DNA from: a virus
Taxonomy: Duplodnaviria; Caudoviricetes
DNA: 27,485 nt
Reading direction: 5' to 3' (one strand)
IMG/VR virus record: IMGVR_UViG_3300007985_000052
Span: 1-27,485 of that record
The notes under the pieces are model-generated. The model did no database searches. It saw only the letters and a list, made by a program, of their open reading frames with translations, and was not told the DNA's origin. Shown here piece by piece: positions 26,201 through 27,485 of the stretch; the stretch's first letter is position 1; every line of letters starts with the position of its first letter. Made by a program: the position numbers and the translations under genes.

Positions 26201-27485
26201 GCTGGCGTGCAGAACCTCCTCAACGCCGGCACGGTACGCCTGGTCGGCAGTCAGGAGCAGGCCAAGGGTATCATCGCCCGGGCCAAGAAACGCGGCGTGA
26301 AGCATTCCATCCGCTACTCGAAAAACGGCAAGGTGCAGGGTTTTACGTTCGGCAAGAAGGTTTATCTGGTATCCGACGGCATCGCCAAGGGCAAGGCCTT
26401 TGCTGTACTCAAGCACGAGCTTGGCGTCCACCTTCGCCAGGCCTTTCTCAACGACGCCGATTTTCAGTCCCTGCTGCAGTCACTCGAGGAGCGGCAGACC
26501 GAGGCCAGCGAGACCGGCAAGGCGATCAGGGTAGCCATGTCCAGGGTACCAAAGGCCACCAAGCCGGAGCACTACTGGGAGGAGGTTCTCGCCTATATGG
26601 TCGAGGCCAACCCGAACAATACCCTGGTGAAAAAGTTCTGGGCAAAGATCAAGCAGCTGCTCCGCTCGTTAGGTATCAACATCAAGCAGCTCACTGCCGA
26701 CGATATGAACAACCTGGCCATGGCTGCGGTGCATGCCGAGGCGTCGGGACGAGGGAAAGACTTCGATGCCTGGTTCGCCGGGTCCGTCATCACGGAAAAC
26801 GGCAAGGTGGGCGGGAAACCGATGCGCCTCTATCATGCCGGCAACACCACTATCAAAGCTTTCAAGCGGGGTCTCAATGGGCTGACTGCTCACTTCGGTA
26901 CCGCAGCAGCGGCGGAAGACAAGGTCACCGCTGATGTCGGCGAGGGCCTGCGCTCTGCCGTCGGCAATCGGACCACGCCGGTTTTTCTGAACATGACCAA
27001 CCCGGTCAGGATGAGCGACGTTCATTTTGACGAGGCCGGGACCTTTGCCGTAGATCTCCTGCAGCGCGGCACCCTGTCCATGGAAGATCTCCGCGATATC
27101 GATCCAGAATTCAGGGTCAGCGACCAGGATACAACCTTTGGTGTTTTCTCCGATAGCCTTTTGCGCGGAAAAAACGGTGACAACAAGGTCATCGGCTTGA
27201 TGGTGGAGAAACTCGAACAGAAAGGTTATGACGGTATCGTTTACAACAACCGGGTCGAGTCCGCCGGGGAGGACAGTTATATTCCTTTTTATCCACAGCA
27301 GATCAAATCGGCTATCGGTAACGGCGGAAAATATAACCCGGAAAAACCCGACATTCTCATATCCACCGACAAGAATCAAAAACTAACTCAAAAGATGCTC
27401 GAATCCGAGGCATTCAAACAGTGGTTCGGCGACTCGGCAATCAAAGCGAAGGACGGTAAACCCGTGACAGTTTATCACGGGTCGC
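20210..27485 (+). CDS. Giant polyvalent virion-ejected protein (JAB + GP88/radical-SAM-like + methyltransferase + zincin peptidase + 2x ART), 3'-truncated
   Basis: GAGGG RBS, ATG 20210 (MPSYISEEDFMS...). I found no stop in this frame, and no + ORF in this frame appears in the track, consistent with run-off. Motifs: HNHPSGNMQASPQD (23090), C...CGACY (23999/24125), DIGGGKY (25658) with NNVLNVI (25811), HELGVH (26414) with EEVLAY (26579), F.AWF..S...YHAG...GYDGI...QIKSA.GN.G (26762-27330), FKQWFGDS...YHG (27413-27482). Confidence 0.88.
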   Translation, partial: MPSYISEEDFMSPPTAAPADQATKKKKYISEEEFMSAAPAEPAAPVAQAATSPPDPAAQLMSTAPESDPWYKRGAHQLGSSLGYAKDMTAQDYGAAAQGIADAVKYQQANRGSEEIQQIHQAYEKGDGFFGGIKEAGKEMRRDITDAPTAWDAVVDTGKNVAALGAGIGTQAFNMIPPMTGMVAGGVAGSPAGPLGVAGGAFAGASAGNTAVEGQGIALNALAKAGIDPADTPRVTQFLEENALSLFGKAATKGSIIGLVDTITAGIGGKILTAPARAAVNRALMDMGVDVADNAAVAAVKGSREGVEQIASRLATDATYQASKTGAGRLGRNSAAFALEPAGEFTGEFVGSGVAEGKWDTKEAGLEALSSLGHGGMTFAGQKAYQAITKPSEDTSGPSAENLARNQAVMAIKQANLPTDDLLQMRSEPAAMAQYGLTEADLDAVINDRDDDLARAKQVLLSSGENGPLTRAAGAGINIEQATIVMERDKARTDATRDRYFGQTGMPQGQDQSADDMLHNANMDIDWEQQSAKAGLYNKTRNVPQENYDDVTLPKTTEQLADDLLRMQTPATTKPEMVGNKDIDTLTEEVQSDADWRNQEAKSLLHRKTRNVPQEDTGDVILPGEQEQQTREQLLRGVAKTTGPEMTRDIDPQALQEEVQSDIDWRNQQRDALLNNRRNNLPAEEDLGNSYPEKIDSGARKAALIAKANNEELSAEENRELQSLIGITHSEKRADGVIDTAANSSQSPTGVGERQFDDGAISTPGQPGDGVITSGITPSAQLRENSLQNETPVVDSKTTATDGNQANTLGVKTKTSNKTTVIEEGGTRYELPEAEAATTNTGNQGNTGTLSEPAAREGNFAYLIDEIAPEAKKLQSVHKRIGSLKSDVETVQSTGDAANILRPLGRRAQESLMVLVLDKNKKPLAVLQHGVGGIDYNSVHPGILAGSIHNIKGAHTYYMAHNHPSGNMQASPQDVSLTGAINNGLEGTGVTMGGHLILTPNGNTSIMDKYGTIQGRTGTVSADGRAKSVKVTERMLQGDAPNVLQHEAITSTSQMRHVINEHSGGKPGVLLLNTQHQPVEFVPVTREEMAALRTGEKKGAAARLYRAMERNNTNSAAINLVGDDSVSENIATFLKQAGMRTLDAISDTGSLLEQGTLAEKAREDNVFFSISEEMADEDTESLEPRYSIRTWTDEEKDEITETARKFKIPKKKAEKWLKDIDNVMAIILNNPDLDFDASAAGLYKALKANSDPHYSKSLDFSTLCRKRYVLAATIEQIQLELGQAVTQDNLVQIREMLKKKKITVSCGACYVDSKRMQQGKYINQFIAAHPDEDPRQFLTQKNVDKLKRDKPKLYAEFKEKVGANNGKTSESRVDYDGDIREFFVTSIAGKNRVLEFNKRSGLRWQSWSDFEVPHLMDAMQAILDMALAKLKGHSYTKVPAFVRAMGRTGLMINVSLIPQGNGFNADGSLAFDPVEGMPFETALELRNKYPDTVGTIAIAVSNEHTVALMADPRIDYIIPYHASGLSRDIAERFGMSKWEDYTKTQTSVIDDVHKFHAVVGKNIPGANLFIVRNTATVPPSMAANKSDSTGVKKKKESERTKFFTAELTRQQADPKAFAKTVEAYLSTAAGKKDYAKYMSPYAEPDFTDYWSDNRTGKENGDHFLRLLAERGVLPKFREHRYKTGRNLANFTTDPNYWKLLIDRKSYDHSGKNITQRPVTPEYDFDEIQAIYRDYEPAPDKADKETVTEFLDIMAKAQPVKLKPARKGGVKKSTVTTADDAKFSRAVLQSISSAATSLRQVPAMFKRGLLQPGTVNVDIGGGKYDDGTNYLKNIGVENLVFDPYNREQSFNDSVVRRLSEKTVDSATVNNVLNVIQEKDARLAVIRQAAKAINQDGKAYFQIHEGDRTGRSRVTKVKDGVAQSWQNHQPTQWYMDEVATSFGEVTRKGNLIIASIPKKNGAMAIWTDSAGQPMFSSTDIGVQEETSDTRAELTEILGEAGVQNLLNAGTVRLVGSQEQAKGIIARAKKRGVKHSIRYSKNGKVQGFTFGKKVYLVSDGIAKGKAFAVLKHELGVHLRQAFLNDADFQSLLQSLEERQTEASETGKAIRVAMSRVPKATKPEHYWEEVLAYMVEANPNNTLVKKFWAKIKQLLRSLGINIKQLTADDMNNLAMAAVHAEASGRGKDFDAWFAGSVITENGKVGGKPMRLYHAGNTTIKAFKRGLNGLTAHFGTAAAAEDKVTADVGEGLRSAVGNRTTPVFLNMTNPVRMSDVHFDEAGTFAVDLLQRGTLSMEDLRDIDPEFRVSDQDTTFGVFSDSLLRGKNGDNKVIGLMVEKLEQKGYDGIVYNNRVESAGEDSYIPFYPQQIKSAIGNGGKYNPEKPDILISTDKNQKLTQKMLESEAFKQWFGDSAIKAKDGKPVTVYHGS
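21779..22270 (+). repeat. 207-bp (69-aa) intragenic repeat, 3 copies, in giant protein
   Basis: D-x-D-W at 21779, 21986 and 22193 (exact 207-nt period). Identical 24-mer CAAGACGCGCAATGTCCCACAGGA at 21823 and 22030. Confidence 0.85.

Noticed and set aside
20541-26300. Short + strand ORFs listed inside the last 7 kb
   Set aside because: All lie in an alternative frame of the giant ORF starting at 20210 and give Arg/Pro/Ser-rich off-frame translations.

Overview
The window is one co-oriented (+ strand) morphogenesis module of a tailed dsDNA phage or prophage with podovirus-like organisation; no sheath or tape-measure gene is recognisable. Gene order: 5'-truncated large terminase, portal, a small Acb2/Tad1-like hairpin protein, acidic scaffold, N4-gp56-type major capsid, head-completion and tail genes, an AT-richer tail/receptor-binding cassette (~9.5-15.9 kb) and two putative ejection proteins. 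It ends in a giant ORF missing from the supplied track because it has no stop in the window (20210..>27485, at least 2425 codons). My translation shows a polyvalent (DarB-like in role) protein with a JAB/RadC domain, a GP88/radical-SAM-like Cys domain, a SAM methyltransferase, a zincin metallopeptidase and two tandem ADP-ribosyltransferase domains, with recurring [R/K/M/F]-[F/Y]-S motifs near domain boundaries. Other notable observations: an apparently split tail gene whose second half has an in-frame TGA followed by a SECIS-like hairpin, a structured leader before the capsid gene, and twin hairpins bracketing that gene. All family calls come from motif recognition by eye; no searches were run.
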